Assembly (NCBI GenBank): GCA_038144595.1
Contig: JAYQOB010000005.1
Span: forward strand, 13,689 to 77,688
DNA from: Candidatus Poseidoniales archaeon
GTDB taxonomy: Archaea; Thermoplasmatota; Poseidoniia; Poseidoniales; Poseidoniaceae
Reading direction: 5' to 3'
Length of the DNA stretch: 64,000 bases
The stretch's first letter is position 1; each line of letters begins with the position of its first letter. The notes beneath the pieces were generated by a model. It saw only the letters and a list, made by a program, of their open reading frames with translations. It was not told where the DNA came from and did not search any database. Shown in pieces: positions 30,757 to 40,531 of the stretch. A program made the position numbers and the translations under genes.

Positions 30757-32633
30757 AGACAGCGTTCGTGGGTGCAAACAGGTGGCGTGAAGTACCGCCG
30801 GTCGGCTGGTTCGAACACGTCGAGTTGCAGAGTTGATGACGCGCCTTCCTCAACGAAGACCACCGATGAAGTGCTGGCTGGCAAGTAGTCCTCGCCCGTT
30901 GATTGGAGACTCAAGCGCAACACATGACCTGCAGGCACTTCGGCATCCATCGCAAAGAATTCCATTTTCGCACTGATGGATTCAACGACGGGCGTCCACG
31001 TCTGAATGTCATCGCCACCTGCATGGTAGCGCAAGTCCATGATGGCATGGCCGAGGTGGATGCAGTTGCTTTGGTTATCACAGTCTTCGAGCAATGCATA
31101 CAGTTGGCCACCCAAGGTGGCCGTGGTCACCTCAACATGGACGCGTGGCATGCCTGCGATGTGCATGTCTTCAGCCAGTGGCTCGGTTTCCCAAACGGGG
31201 CCTGAAGATGCATCGGGTAGCACCGTGGTGGTCCCGGCAATGTTGGTCATGTCCGCGCCCAATTCAAACAACAGTTCGTTCACGTCAGCCGGCGGGTAGC
31301 GTTCCTCAATGCGCCATGAACCCTGGTTGGACTGAATTTCAATCCACTGTCCGGGTTGGTCGCCGATGCCCTTGAGATAGTAGTCGAACCATTCCAACAT
31401 GTCTTGCATCCAATCGAATCGTATCATTTCTGGAAAGGCCTCGCCCCCCCTTCCGCCCAAGTCCGAACGGTCGTCTAGTTGCACGGGGCGGTCAGGATAG
31501 TCGTGATCCCATTGGCCAAACAAGCCTCTTGCCTCAATGCCAGCATCGATCAGACGATTGATGGTTGGCACGGCCATGTGGGGGTCGACGTTCCAATCGT
31601 GCATGCCTTGGATGAGGTAGACGCTTCCCTTGTAGTTCTCAAGGACACGGTCGAGGAAATATCGCTCTGCCCAGTAATCTCCGGCGATTTCAGAACCAAA
31701 CATGTAGGCGCTGACACCGGTTCCAGGACCAATGATGTAATCAGGGCAGAGGTTTTGATAATCCTCCTCATCACCATCGATGCCGTAGGACCCGTACACA
31801 CCGTTGTGCATGATGGGGGCACGAGCTTCCGAGGAGCCGTTTTTCCACATGAGTTCTTTCACACCAATCAGGCCAGAGATGGGGACGATGGTCTTCAGAT
31901 AGTCGTGTTCTGCACCAAACATGGCCGCTTGCCAGGGTGTGCTTCCGTCGTATGATTTTCCAATGAGGGCGACAGCGCCGTTGGACCAAGGTTGTTCTGC
32001 CAGCCATCGAACAGCAGCATCGTTGCCGAGTTGCTCCGCGTTCCCCATGAGGTCCATGCAGTGGTTGCTTCGCCCTGTGCCTGAAACGGAAATTTGAGCG
32101 AAAGCATACCCGTGCGGGAGAATTTGGTCAATGAACATCTGCCCTAGCCAACTTCCTGGCACTTCAATGGAGGGTGTTTCCACGCTGGCCTCTTGGAAGT
32201 AGGGGCCGCTTTCGGCGATGACTGGCACTTTCATCCCATCGGGAACGTCGGGCAACCATACAGCCAGGCTGATGAGGCCGTTCGGCGCTGCCCCACCTTC
32301 TTCGATCGGCAGGGTGTACTCGACAAAATGATGAGTGGAGTTCCATTCGTTTTCAGTCGGTAGCAAGGCGTAAGGACCAACTTCCAGCGCCACGCCATAG
32401 TCTCCATCGGTTTCGTAGGGCAGCGTGTAGCGTTCCCAAACCGGTACGCGCACTCCACTTGCCTGGTCGTCATCGGCCACCATGTTCACCAAAGCTTCAC
32501 CAAACACGGCTGACAGGAAGAGGAAAATCATCGAAATGGACAAGGTCCCGCCGAGAATCAAATTGAATTCTTTGGTTGCCGAGGAATTGGTGGGTTCCAT
32601 CAAATCCGCGACGAACGGTTCTTCTTCGGCCAT
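30744..32633 (-). CDS. CocE/NonD (S15, Xaa-Pro dipeptidyl-peptidase-like) membrane-anchored hydrolase
   Basis: N-terminal TM, WSNGAVALIGKSYDG nucleophile motif, QGMHDWNV, GQWDH, PepX_C-like C-terminal domain. Confidence 0.85.
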   Translation of the reverse strand: MAEEEPFVADLMEPTNSSATKEFNLILGGTLSISMIFLFLSAVFGEALVNMVADDDQASGVRVPVWERYTLPYETDGDYGVALEVGPYALLPTENEWNSTHHFVEYTLPIEEGGAAPNGLISLAVWLPDVPDGMKVPVIAESGPYFQEASVETPSIEVPGSWLGQMFIDQILPHGYAFAQISVSGTGRSNHCMDLMGNAEQLGNDAAVRWLAEQPWSNGAVALIGKSYDGSTPWQAAMFGAEHDYLKTIVPISGLIGVKELMWKNGSSEARAPIMHNGVYGSYGIDGDEEDYQNLCPDYIIGPGTGVSAYMFGSEIAGDYWAERYFLDRVLENYKGSVYLIQGMHDWNVDPHMAVPTINRLIDAGIEARGLFGQWDHDYPDRPVQLDDRSDLGGRGGEAFPEMIRFDWMQDMLEWFDYYLKGIGDQPGQWIEIQSNQGSWRIEERYPPADVNELLFELGADMTNIAGTTTVLPDASSGPVWETEPLAEDMHIAGMPRVHVEVTTATLGGQLYALLEDCDNQSNCIHLGHAIMDLRYHAGGDDIQTWTPVVESISAKMEFFAMDAEVPAGHVLRLSLQSTGEDYLPASTSSVVFVEEGASSTLQLDVFEPADRRYFTPPVCTHERCLQAA

Positions 32634-32739
32634 CGTCCTTCGCTTCGGGGTCATGGTCGCCGTTCTTGAACATACGCCCGGCTCGCTTCCGTGTAGATTT
32701 GAGAACAACCCTCAAAGACATCCGCTCCGAGGTCAAGTC

Positions 32740-34773
32740 ATGGATGGCGATGTTTTGGCGATGCAGGCCTCCGTGGTTGAGGGCATCCCCGCCGAATTGC
32801 CGCCTCACCCGGGTATTGATGTGTCCGTAGATCACGCGCCCAACCGACGACAAATTTTGTCCCCGGATGAAAAGGTCCTCGCACTTGAAAACGCACTTCG
32901 CTACATTCCTTCGGCGTTGCATTCAACGTTGGCGCCGGAATTCATGGAAGAACTCGAGGCCTACGGTCGAATATTGATGCGCCGGTACCGCCCCGACTCG
33001 TATCCGATCAAGGCCTATCCCATCGAGGCGTACCCCACTCAATCAACGCAAGCAGCTGCCATCATGCTCATGATTCACAACAACCTTGACCCTGCCGTTG
33101 CGCAGTTTCCGCACGAACTCATCACCTACGGGGGCAACGGAGCAGTGTTCCAAAATTGGGCACAGTACCGGCTTGTCATGAAGTACCTCTGCGAGATGTC
33201 GAATGACCAAACCCTCGTCATGTATTCAGGCCATCCTCTCGGCTTGTTCCCGTCCCACCCCGATGCCCCGAGAGTGGTGGTGACCAACGGCATGGTCATT
33301 CCAAACCACTCAAGCCAGGAAGATTACGAGCGAATGAATGCACTGGGCGTCACTCAGTACGGCCAGATGACGGCCGGCTCCTACATGTACATTGGACCGC
33401 AGGGAATCGTTCACGGGACCACCATCACCTTGCTCAACGCCGCCCGCCTGCATTTGGGTCTCAGCGATGAATCAGACCTTGCCGGTGTGACCTTCATCAC
33501 CAGCGGGCTTGGAGGTATGTCAGGTGCTCAAGCCAAAGCTGCAACCATCGCTGGTGCAGCATGCATCATCGCCGAAACCAACGCACATGCCGCCCACAAA
33601 CGGCACGAACAGGGCTGGCTGACGGAGGTCACGGACTCCATTGACGAAGCCATCGACCGAATGGTTGAGGCGGCCCACAACGGTGAGGCGATTTCCATCG
33701 GGCTCGTCGGAAACATCGTAGAACTGTGGGAACGATGCGTTGAGCGAGATATCAAGGTCGATCTCGGTAGCGACCAAACCAGCCTGCACAATCCCTACCA
33801 GGGCGGCTACTTCCCTGCTGGTCGAACGTACGATGAGAGTGCGGCTATGATGTCAGAGTACCCAGACCGTTTCCGCTCGGAAGTTCAAGCGACACTCCGA
33901 CGTCATGCGGATGCCATCAACACCATGGCGGAACGCGGCATGTATTTCTGGGACTACGGCAATGCCTTCCTCCTCGAAGCATCTCGAGTTGGGGCTGACG
34001 TCGTTCGTGAAGACGGGTCATTCAGGTACCCTTCCTACGTTGAAGATATCATGGGTCCACTGTGTTTTGATTACGGATTCGGCCCTTATCGATGGGTCTG
34101 CACGAGCGGCGAGTCATCCGACCTCGCCCGAACCGACGCCATCGCTGCAGAGGTGTTGCGGCACATGCGGGACAGTGCACCCGATGACGTCAAGCAACAG
34201 ATCAACGATAACTTGCGATGGATAGAACAAGCAGGCCAAAATGAACTGATCGTTGGCAGTCAAGCACGAATTCTCTACGCCGATGATGTCGGCCGACGAG
34301 AGATCGCTTTGGCCATGAATCGGGCCGTAGCCTCCGGTGAACTTCGTGGTCCGGTTGTTCTTGGGCGCGACCATCACGATGTATCCGGAACCGATAGCCC
34401 TTACAGAGAGACGGCCAACATTCGTGACGGTTCGATGTTCACGGCCGACATGGCGGTTCAGAACGCCATTGGTGATGCCTTTCGTGGTGCGACATGGGTT
34501 AGCCTCCACAACGGAGGTGGCGTGGGTTGGGGCGAGGTGATGAACGGAGGCTTCGGCATGTTGCTGGATGGTACCGAGGATGCGGAACGCCGCCTTCAAT
34601 CCATGCTCCATTGGGACGTCAACAACGGCGTTGCACGCAGGGCATGGGCGAGGAACCCGGGTGCGCGGGCCGCGATTCAGCGGGCCATGGAGGCAGAGGA
34701 TGATTTGACCGTGACGCTCCCCCATCTCGTGGATTCGAACGTTTTGAAACAATTTGGAGGCGGTGAACATTGA
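32740..34773 (+). CDS. hutU: Urocanate hydratase (long type)
   Basis: NNLDPAVAQFPHELITYGG, GQMTAGSYMYIGPQGIVHGT, GLGGMSGAQ, GRDHHDVSGTDSP. Confidence 0.95.
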   Translation: MDGDVLAMQASVVEGIPAELPPHPGIDVSVDHAPNRRQILSPDEKVLALENALRYIPSALHSTLAPEFMEELEAYGRILMRRYRPDSYPIKAYPIEAYPTQSTQAAAIMLMIHNNLDPAVAQFPHELITYGGNGAVFQNWAQYRLVMKYLCEMSNDQTLVMYSGHPLGLFPSHPDAPRVVVTNGMVIPNHSSQEDYERMNALGVTQYGQMTAGSYMYIGPQGIVHGTTITLLNAARLHLGLSDESDLAGVTFITSGLGGMSGAQAKAATIAGAACIIAETNAHAAHKRHEQGWLTEVTDSIDEAIDRMVEAAHNGEAISIGLVGNIVELWERCVERDIKVDLGSDQTSLHNPYQGGYFPAGRTYDESAAMMSEYPDRFRSEVQATLRRHADAINTMAERGMYFWDYGNAFLLEASRVGADVVREDGSFRYPSYVEDIMGPLCFDYGFGPYRWVCTSGESSDLARTDAIAAEVLRHMRDSAPDDVKQQINDNLRWIEQAGQNELIVGSQARILYADDVGRREIALAMNRAVASGELRGPVVLGRDHHDVSGTDSPYRETANIRDGSMFTADMAVQNAIGDAFRGATWVSLHNGGGVGWGEVMNGGFGMLLDGTEDAERRLQSMLHWDVNNGVARRAWARNPGARAAIQRAMEAEDDLTVTLPHLVDSNVLKQFGGGEH

Positions 34774-36323
34774 TGGACACGCCCGTGGTCCATGCAGATG
34801 GACGTACACTCACTCCCCAAGAAGTGGCCATGGTGGCGAACCAGAAGGCCAAAGTGGCCGTGTCTGAGGACGCTTGGCCTGGCATTCACGCTGCCCGTCG
34901 TGTGGTTGAGCGTATCGTGGCGGAAGGCGAAACCGTATACGGGATCAACACGGGCTTTGGTGCCTTGGTGCATGAACGGATTTCGGTTGATGACCTCGCC
35001 CAACTCCAAGTGAACCTCATCCGCTCACATGCCACAGCCATCGGCGACCTCATGAGCGTAGAAGCCGTTCGAGCAATGATGCTGATTCGCCTCAACTCAC
35101 TTTGCAAAGGCCATTCCGGCATCCACCCCGATTGCATTCGCCAACTCGTCGTGTACCTCAATCAAGGCATTCACCCTGCGGTCCCTCGGATTGGGAGCCT
35201 TGGAGCAAGCGGCGATCTTGCGCCACTGTCCCATCTTGCAATGGCGCTCATTGGAGAGGGATTTGTTCTGGTCGACGGCGAGAAACGTCCGACTGGCGAG
35301 GTCCTGTTTGAACAGGGCTTGGTCCCTGTTGAACTCACGGCAAAGGACGGATTGTCGCTCATCAACGGGACCAGTCAGATGACGGCCTATGCGACGCTCG
35401 CTTATACGCAACTCACGCATCTCCTCGTAATGGCAGATGCTGTCCTTGCGATGTCCATGGATGCGCGTTCATGCAGCCTGACACCTTCTCGGCCCGAGGT
35501 CCATGAAGTCCGCCCTCACCCGGGCCAAGCCTTGGTTGCAGAGCGATTGAGAACGCTGCTCTCAGGTTCAGCGATCCTTGCGGGTCATGCAGGTTGTGAC
35601 CGTGTCCAAGACCCCTACTCGTTCCGTTGTGCACCGCAAGTCCACGGCGCTGTCTACGAGTCTTATTTGCGCCTTGGCGACATGATCACGAAAGAAATGA
35701 ACAGTGCAACAGACAACCCCTTGATTTTCCCCGAGCCAAGCAACCCCGGGCCACACGAGGTCGTTTCGCAAGGTAACTTCCACGGTGAAATTGTGGCCTT
35801 GACCTGTGATGCCATGAGCTTGGCTCTGTTTGAACTCGGTTCCATCTCAGAGCGAAGGATGGACCAGATGTTGGATCCAGCGAGGAGCGACCTCCCTGCC
35901 TTCCTCGCTCGAGATTCCGGTCTTGAATCCGGTTTGATGATCGTTCAGTATGTTGCAGGTGCTGCCTTGGCTGAACTCCACGGTCAAGCCACACCTCGTG
36001 CCGCCTTTTCCACCTCAACGTCTGCCGGACAGGAAGACCATGTGAGCATGGGGGCCACCGCCGCATGGAACCTGTACCAAGGTGTTCGCCGGCTTGCTGA
36101 AATCATTGCGTGCGAAGCGCTCATTGGGGCTGAGGCCTTGGAGCACGCAACATTGCCCTCCTCTGACCATGTACAAGGCTTGCACAGCCTCCTTCGGAGC
36201 GTAGCGCCTGCCTTGACGGGTGATCGTTCGACGTCCGACGAATTGATCGACATTGCATCGTGCGTCGTGGATGGCGGATGGTTGGCTCGAATGGAAGCTG
36301 AACACGGACGATTACCGAGATGA
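34773..36323 (+). CDS. hutH: Histidine ammonia-lyase
   Basis: YGINTGFG, GSLGASGDLAPL (MIO ASG), LINGT, QDPYSFRC, GNFHG, QEDHVSMG. Confidence 0.95.
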   Translation: MDTPVVHADGRTLTPQEVAMVANQKAKVAVSEDAWPGIHAARRVVERIVAEGETVYGINTGFGALVHERISVDDLAQLQVNLIRSHATAIGDLMSVEAVRAMMLIRLNSLCKGHSGIHPDCIRQLVVYLNQGIHPAVPRIGSLGASGDLAPLSHLAMALIGEGFVLVDGEKRPTGEVLFEQGLVPVELTAKDGLSLINGTSQMTAYATLAYTQLTHLLVMADAVLAMSMDARSCSLTPSRPEVHEVRPHPGQALVAERLRTLLSGSAILAGHAGCDRVQDPYSFRCAPQVHGAVYESYLRLGDMITKEMNSATDNPLIFPEPSNPGPHEVVSQGNFHGEIVALTCDAMSLALFELGSISERRMDQMLDPARSDLPAFLARDSGLESGLMIVQYVAGAALAELHGQATPRAAFSTSTSAGQEDHVSMGATAAWNLYQGVRRLAEIIACEALIGAEALEHATLPSSDHVQGLHSLLRSVAPALTGDRSTSDELIDIASCVVDGGWLARMEAEHGRLPR

Positions 36324-37178
36324 TATCATCGCTTCGAGTTCGCTGATGTGGTCTTCAACGTCCATCAACGACATCATTCTGTAATTGAACATCTCTCGTT
36401 CGGTCACGCTCATTTTTTCCCGATGGTGTTCCATCAACCTCAATCCATCGATGGCGAGAACGATGGTGGATTCAACGGATGCATAGAGGGCATGGACTTG
36501 ATTCATGTCGCTCATGGCGAGGGCAGGTTCCAACGTTGCAAGGTCAAACCCCATCCGTTTCCATTGCAGCATCCGCTTGGAGAGAAGAGATTTGGTAAAT
36601 CCCTCTGAGGGAAGGTGGACGAGATGGGTTACCATCTGTCCATCCTCCATCGACTGAGCATCACCGGGTCCGGCGGATGATTCAGCCAGGGCTTCAACCG
36701 ACTGTTCGTCAACCCGGCCAACCTCCTCATGCAAGTGGTTCTCAAGAGCAGGTGCAAGGCTAGCAATCCTTTTCCACACTTGTGTTTCCACGCTCAGGGA
36801 ATCAACCGGCAACACGACCTCGATGTTGTGTTCAACCGCCGTCCTGTCCAATCGTTGGAGCCACGCAAGCACCTCTTGTGCCCCAGACCTTGCCACCAAC
36901 CATTCCACGCCCTCAACGACCAGCAGGGCCGGGCTGTGGCCGATGTTGGCGTTGATATGGTGCTCTACCGTCGATACGTCGGGTCCAACCGCGCGGGCGT
37001 CTTGATGTTCGGAAACCCACCACAACTCGGCCGTGTTTGATGCGACGTACCGAAGTAACTGCCGCATCGGAAGGCGACTGTAGATGGAAACATTGCCATC
37101 GCACGATTCAATCCGACCGGACAGTGCCGCGTATGTGTCGCCTGCTGATGCCGAATCAAGTGTGCGCAAACCTCCCAT
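36312..37178 (-). CDS. DUF835-like protein with helical C-terminal extension
   Basis: LWWVS...LLVVEGVEWL...EVLAWLQRL...VLPVD pattern typical of DUF835. Confidence 0.6.
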   Translation of the reverse strand: MGGLRTLDSASAGDTYAALSGRIESCDGNVSIYSRLPMRQLLRYVASNTAELWWVSEHQDARAVGPDVSTVEHHINANIGHSPALLVVEGVEWLVARSGAQEVLAWLQRLDRTAVEHNIEVVLPVDSLSVETQVWKRIASLAPALENHLHEEVGRVDEQSVEALAESSAGPGDAQSMEDGQMVTHLVHLPSEGFTKSLLSKRMLQWKRMGFDLATLEPALAMSDMNQVHALYASVESTIVLAIDGLRLMEHHREKMSVTEREMFNYRMMSLMDVEDHISELEAMISSR

Positions 37179-37294
37179 CGACTCCCTCCTGTGGGTTGGA
37201 TGCAGCCACGACGCTCTAAGGAATTACGCCTTTCGCACGAAGGCGGCCATCAATGATTATAACGCCGTTCATCGTGGTGATAATAGGTGGAAGA

Positions 37295-39142
37295 ATGAGC
37301 GAGGATGAAGTTGATTCCGTGGCGATGGCCGAATGTGGAGCCTGCCGAGCCGTCATTCCAATTGATTCTGAATCATGCCCGGAGTGTGATACGAAGTTTT
37401 CTGGCATCTCTGAGGATGCACTCGGCGAGTGCGGCGGTTGCCAGGCCCTCGTACCTCTCGACTCAACACGCTGTCCCGAGTGTGGCGTGCTGTTCGTTGC
37501 CGATGATGTGGTTGATATTCTTCGACAATGGGTCGCAGACACGGGCATCGACATCCGAAAATTGTTTGATCGATTTGATGAGAACAGCGACGGCACCATC
37601 GATTCTTCAGAATTGAAACAGGGACTTCTTAGCCTAAATCTCGCAGACCTTCCGCCCTCACAAGTCGATCGCCTGGTCGCTGAAATCGATGCGGATGGAA
37701 ACGGCCTCATCGATTTGGATGAATTTGATGCCATCTTGAGCGGCGACGAAGTCGAACCATCAAGTGAACCCTCAAGCGAACCCGAGGAACACGATGATGA
37801 AACATCTCCACAAGGAGACGAAGAGATCGATGATGAAGTCGTTGTTGAAATTGACACAGACGAGGGCCAAACCAACGAAGAAGAGGACGTTGATGTTGAA
37901 GCTGAAAACGAAGTCATCTCCTCCGAAATTGATGACGAAGAATTTGACCTTGAGGAGGATGTGGACGCGGACGAAGACAACGATCTTGATGCAGCATATG
38001 TTGACGATTCATCTGACGAAGAAGAGGGCGAAGAGGTGGACGATGAACCATCGGAAGAGTCCGAAGGCGAGGAATCAGCAAAGCATCCACTGGCTGCGTT
38101 GGCAGCCATGATGGACGAGCATGACATATCGGCTCAACGAATGTTCAACGAGCTCGATGTTGATGGGAACGGAGCGATCTCCCTGGTTGAATTGCGGACT
38201 GCGCTGACTGAAAAATACGGAGATGTTCTCGATATCGATGACGTCGACGCCATCATGGAGGCCGTTGATGATGATGAAGACGGCTTGATCGACATCACCG
38301 AATTCTATGACTCGATGGAATCCTTGGACGACCATGAGGAAGCTGTCATCGCTCACGAAGCCGAGAAAGAGTTCCCAACCGTATGGCAAAAGCGGATGAT
38401 GTCGAAATCTTGGAACGATGCCGTTTGGCCTATCCTTCACGTTGGCTTTGGTATCCTGATTGCACTGGTGCTAGTCAATGCCCTCTTCGGTCCGGTTGAC
38501 GGCAGTGGAGGCAACGTCGCCTACATCCCCAACGATTCGGGGTTGATTCCAGAAGGTGGCTTGTCGGAAGGTGACATCTACAAGTGCGACGAAAAATACC
38601 AGGAGGGTGGATGCCCGAATTCATTGACGATCATGGGTGGCCCAGATTCGAATCTATCAATGCCGAAGGGTTTCTACTTGGATGGCATCATGTTGCTGAT
38701 GCTATCGACGCTTGGCCTCATCGGTTCGTTGTTCCTTCACCTTGTGAAAGCCCCAGAATGGCGTGCACGTGTAAAGGCGATGAAGGAATTTGAAGATGAC
38801 AAAGCCGATGCATCGCAGGAGTCAGAGGATGAGGTCGATGTCGATGCGGTCGATGTCGATGCGGAGGAGGTCGATGAGACCGAATCCGACGAGGAAGCGT
38901 CTGAAGGCCCAGAAGATGAAGACGAGGAAGACGATGAATCGGAAGACGATGACGACGACGTTGAGGATGGCGAAGATGAAGACGCCATCGATATCGGCTC
39001 ACACATCGGCCTGGTCTTTGATGATGAGGAAGTGTTTGGCGTTATCGTTGAATTCGATGATGAGGAAGAGACCGTGACCATCGAGGAAGACGGGACAGGC
39101 GACCTTGTGACCGGCTATCAAGACGACATGTTCATTGAGTGA
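37295..39142 (+). CDS. Membrane protein with double Zn ribbon, four EF-hands, acidic linkers, two TM and a small C-terminal beta domain
   Basis: 4 x CxxC at the N-terminus; EF loops DENSDGTIDSSE, DADGNGLIDLDE, DVDGNGAISLVE, DDDEDGLIDITE; two hydrophobic helices. Confidence 0.85.
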   Translation: MSEDEVDSVAMAECGACRAVIPIDSESCPECDTKFSGISEDALGECGGCQALVPLDSTRCPECGVLFVADDVVDILRQWVADTGIDIRKLFDRFDENSDGTIDSSELKQGLLSLNLADLPPSQVDRLVAEIDADGNGLIDLDEFDAILSGDEVEPSSEPSSEPEEHDDETSPQGDEEIDDEVVVEIDTDEGQTNEEEDVDVEAENEVISSEIDDEEFDLEEDVDADEDNDLDAAYVDDSSDEEEGEEVDDEPSEESEGEESAKHPLAALAAMMDEHDISAQRMFNELDVDGNGAISLVELRTALTEKYGDVLDIDDVDAIMEAVDDDEDGLIDITEFYDSMESLDDHEEAVIAHEAEKEFPTVWQKRMMSKSWNDAVWPILHVGFGILIALVLVNALFGPVDGSGGNVAYIPNDSGLIPEGGLSEGDIYKCDEKYQEGGCPNSLTIMGGPDSNLSMPKGFYLDGIMLLMLSTLGLIGSLFLHLVKAPEWRARVKAMKEFEDDKADASQESEDEVDVDAVDVDAEEVDETESDEEASEGPEDEDEEDDESEDDDDDVEDGEDEDAIDIGSHIGLVFDDEEVFGVIVEFDDEEETVTIEEDGTGDLVTGYQDDMFIE

Positions 39143-39521
39143 GCACATGGTCAAGTCAGACCCGCTTGAACGGCTTAACGGCCTGGCTGCATGCCCCGTT
39201 TGCGGTTGCTTTGACCGAAAAGGAATGTACCGTTGCTCTGAGTGTGGAACGTTTCACGCTGGGGCTATCATGGAGGAGCGGGAGCCACCCAATCCTGCTG
39301 AACAACAGGCCATTCAAGAGGCTACGGCACCACCTCTCGATCCTTCGGTGTATTCACTTGGACCCAACGCGTCCATCCCGGAGGAATCCTTTGACGAAAC
39401 TGAAGATGTGCGGCGATGGGACGGTGGTTCCACGGATTTTACCTTCGACGATGATGACGATCCGCCAGTTGCGAAGTTGGAATTGCCCCCGGCTGAAAAC
39501 GTAGCCTCAGATGAAGATTAA
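39135..39521 (+). CDS. Small Zn-finger protein with acidic tail
   Basis: CPVC-x9-CSEC followed by H; overlaps the stop of the EF-hand gene. Confidence 0.75.
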   Translation: MSEHMVKSDPLERLNGLAACPVCGCFDRKGMYRCSECGTFHAGAIMEEREPPNPAEQQAIQEATAPPLDPSVYSLGPNASIPEESFDETEDVRRWDGGSTDFTFDDDDDPPVAKLELPPAENVASDED

Positions 39522-39585
39522 TTATTCTTTGTTCAGATTATAATTAATTAAAAATCCGAAGGCAAAATGCCTCGTTAAAATTCAT

Positions 39586-39662
39586 TGGTGGGCTCGGAGA
39601 GAATCGAACTCTCGATCTTTGCCATGTCAAGGCAACGTCATAAACCCCTAGACCACGAGCCC
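39586..39662 (-). tRNA. tRNA-Val(GAC), CCA encoded, no intron
   Basis: Reverse complement GGGCTCG...TTGCC-TTGACAT-GGCAA...GTTCGATTC...CGAGCCC-A-CCA; acceptor stem pairs. Confidence 0.95.
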
Positions 39663-39723
39663 TAGGTAAGTTGACCCACCTGACATTTCTATTAAATCAA
39701 TTCGGTGAGTCAGTGTGTTGAGC

Positions 39724-39876
39724 TTATGCGATAATCTTGGAAATTTTACCGGTGCAGCCCGATTGGGAACAGAACCCAGCCATTCGCGTTCGACCGTTGG
39801 ACATGACAATCTTCTTGCCATCTTTGATCGGGCCGTATTGTTTGCATTTCATGCAGTAGCCTTGAACGTCGGTCAT
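39724..39876 (-). CDS. 50-aa basic Zn-ribbon protein (DUF5679-like)
   Basis: MTDVQGYCMKCK...MSNGRTRMAGFCSQSGCTGKISKII; YCxKC...NGR...GxC pattern. Confidence 0.75.
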   Translation of the reverse strand: MTDVQGYCMKCKQYGPIKDGKKIVMSNGRTRMAGFCSQSGCTGKISKIIA

Positions 39877-40084
39877 GTTGCTCAACCCTTGGCATTCGGT
39901 GGAGATATTGAACGCTTCCGTTGACAACTTCACAAAAAGGACAATTATCGGGCAAAAAGGAGGGGTTCGGAGGGTGAAAATTGAAGAAAATGAAGAATCT
40001 CCTGTTCTGTTCGCAAGAAAAACGCTGCACTGCGCTTGATTTTTACTCATAGGCGCGTGTAAATTCATGATGCTCTTCTGGCCC

Positions 40085-40112
40085 ATGTCGCATAACTCAC
40101 ATTATGCGACGC
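40085..40112. other. Candidate dif (Xer recombination) site, 11-6-11 inverted repeat
   Basis: ATGTCGCATAA-CTCACA-TTATGCGACGC; inner 9 bp of the arms are perfectly inverted; intergenic, in an AT-rich patch. Confidence 0.6.
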
Positions 40113-40137
40113 AATGACGCCCGAAATGTTCGTGATT

Positions 40138-40461
40138 TCAACCAAAGTTGAGTTGTTGAAGTTCCTCATCTGGAATTTCGAAGATGCCAACCAGCGGAGG
40201 CCCCAACAAAAGCCCCTCAATGCCGCCGTCTTCGACATCCAGGCTGTTCTGGATCTCCTGTGAAATTCGCTTCCAATCTTGGGAGGATTGGTACGCCGAT
40301 TGAACGAGCATCATTTCCGATGACTCAGCTGCTGTCCCCATCCATGCACCGATACATCCAGGTTGACGCCGTTTGTATTCCTGGCGTGCGCGCAACATCC
40401 GACGAAGGCGTGCATCCACGCCCTTCCTTCCGGAGCAAACAATGGTTTCAACCCAAGCCAT
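40138..40461 (-). CDS. ABM/dimeric alpha-beta barrel family protein
   Basis: RRQPGCIGAW...MMLVQSAYQSSQDW pattern, 107 aa. Confidence 0.55.
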   Translation of the reverse strand: MAWVETIVCSGRKGVDARLRRMLRARQEYKRRQPGCIGAWMGTAAESSEMMLVQSAYQSSQDWKRISQEIQNSLDVEDGGIEGLLLGPPLVGIFEIPDEELQQLNFG

Positions 40462-40531
40462 GAATATCACTTTTAACGTATCTCTATCTCAATTATTATC
40501 TTATGCAAATTCTTAAATATTTATTCAAAAT

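Noticed and set aside
37216-38127. Poly-Ser 303-aa minus-strand ORF
   Set aside because: Antisense shadow of the acidic EF-hand protein.
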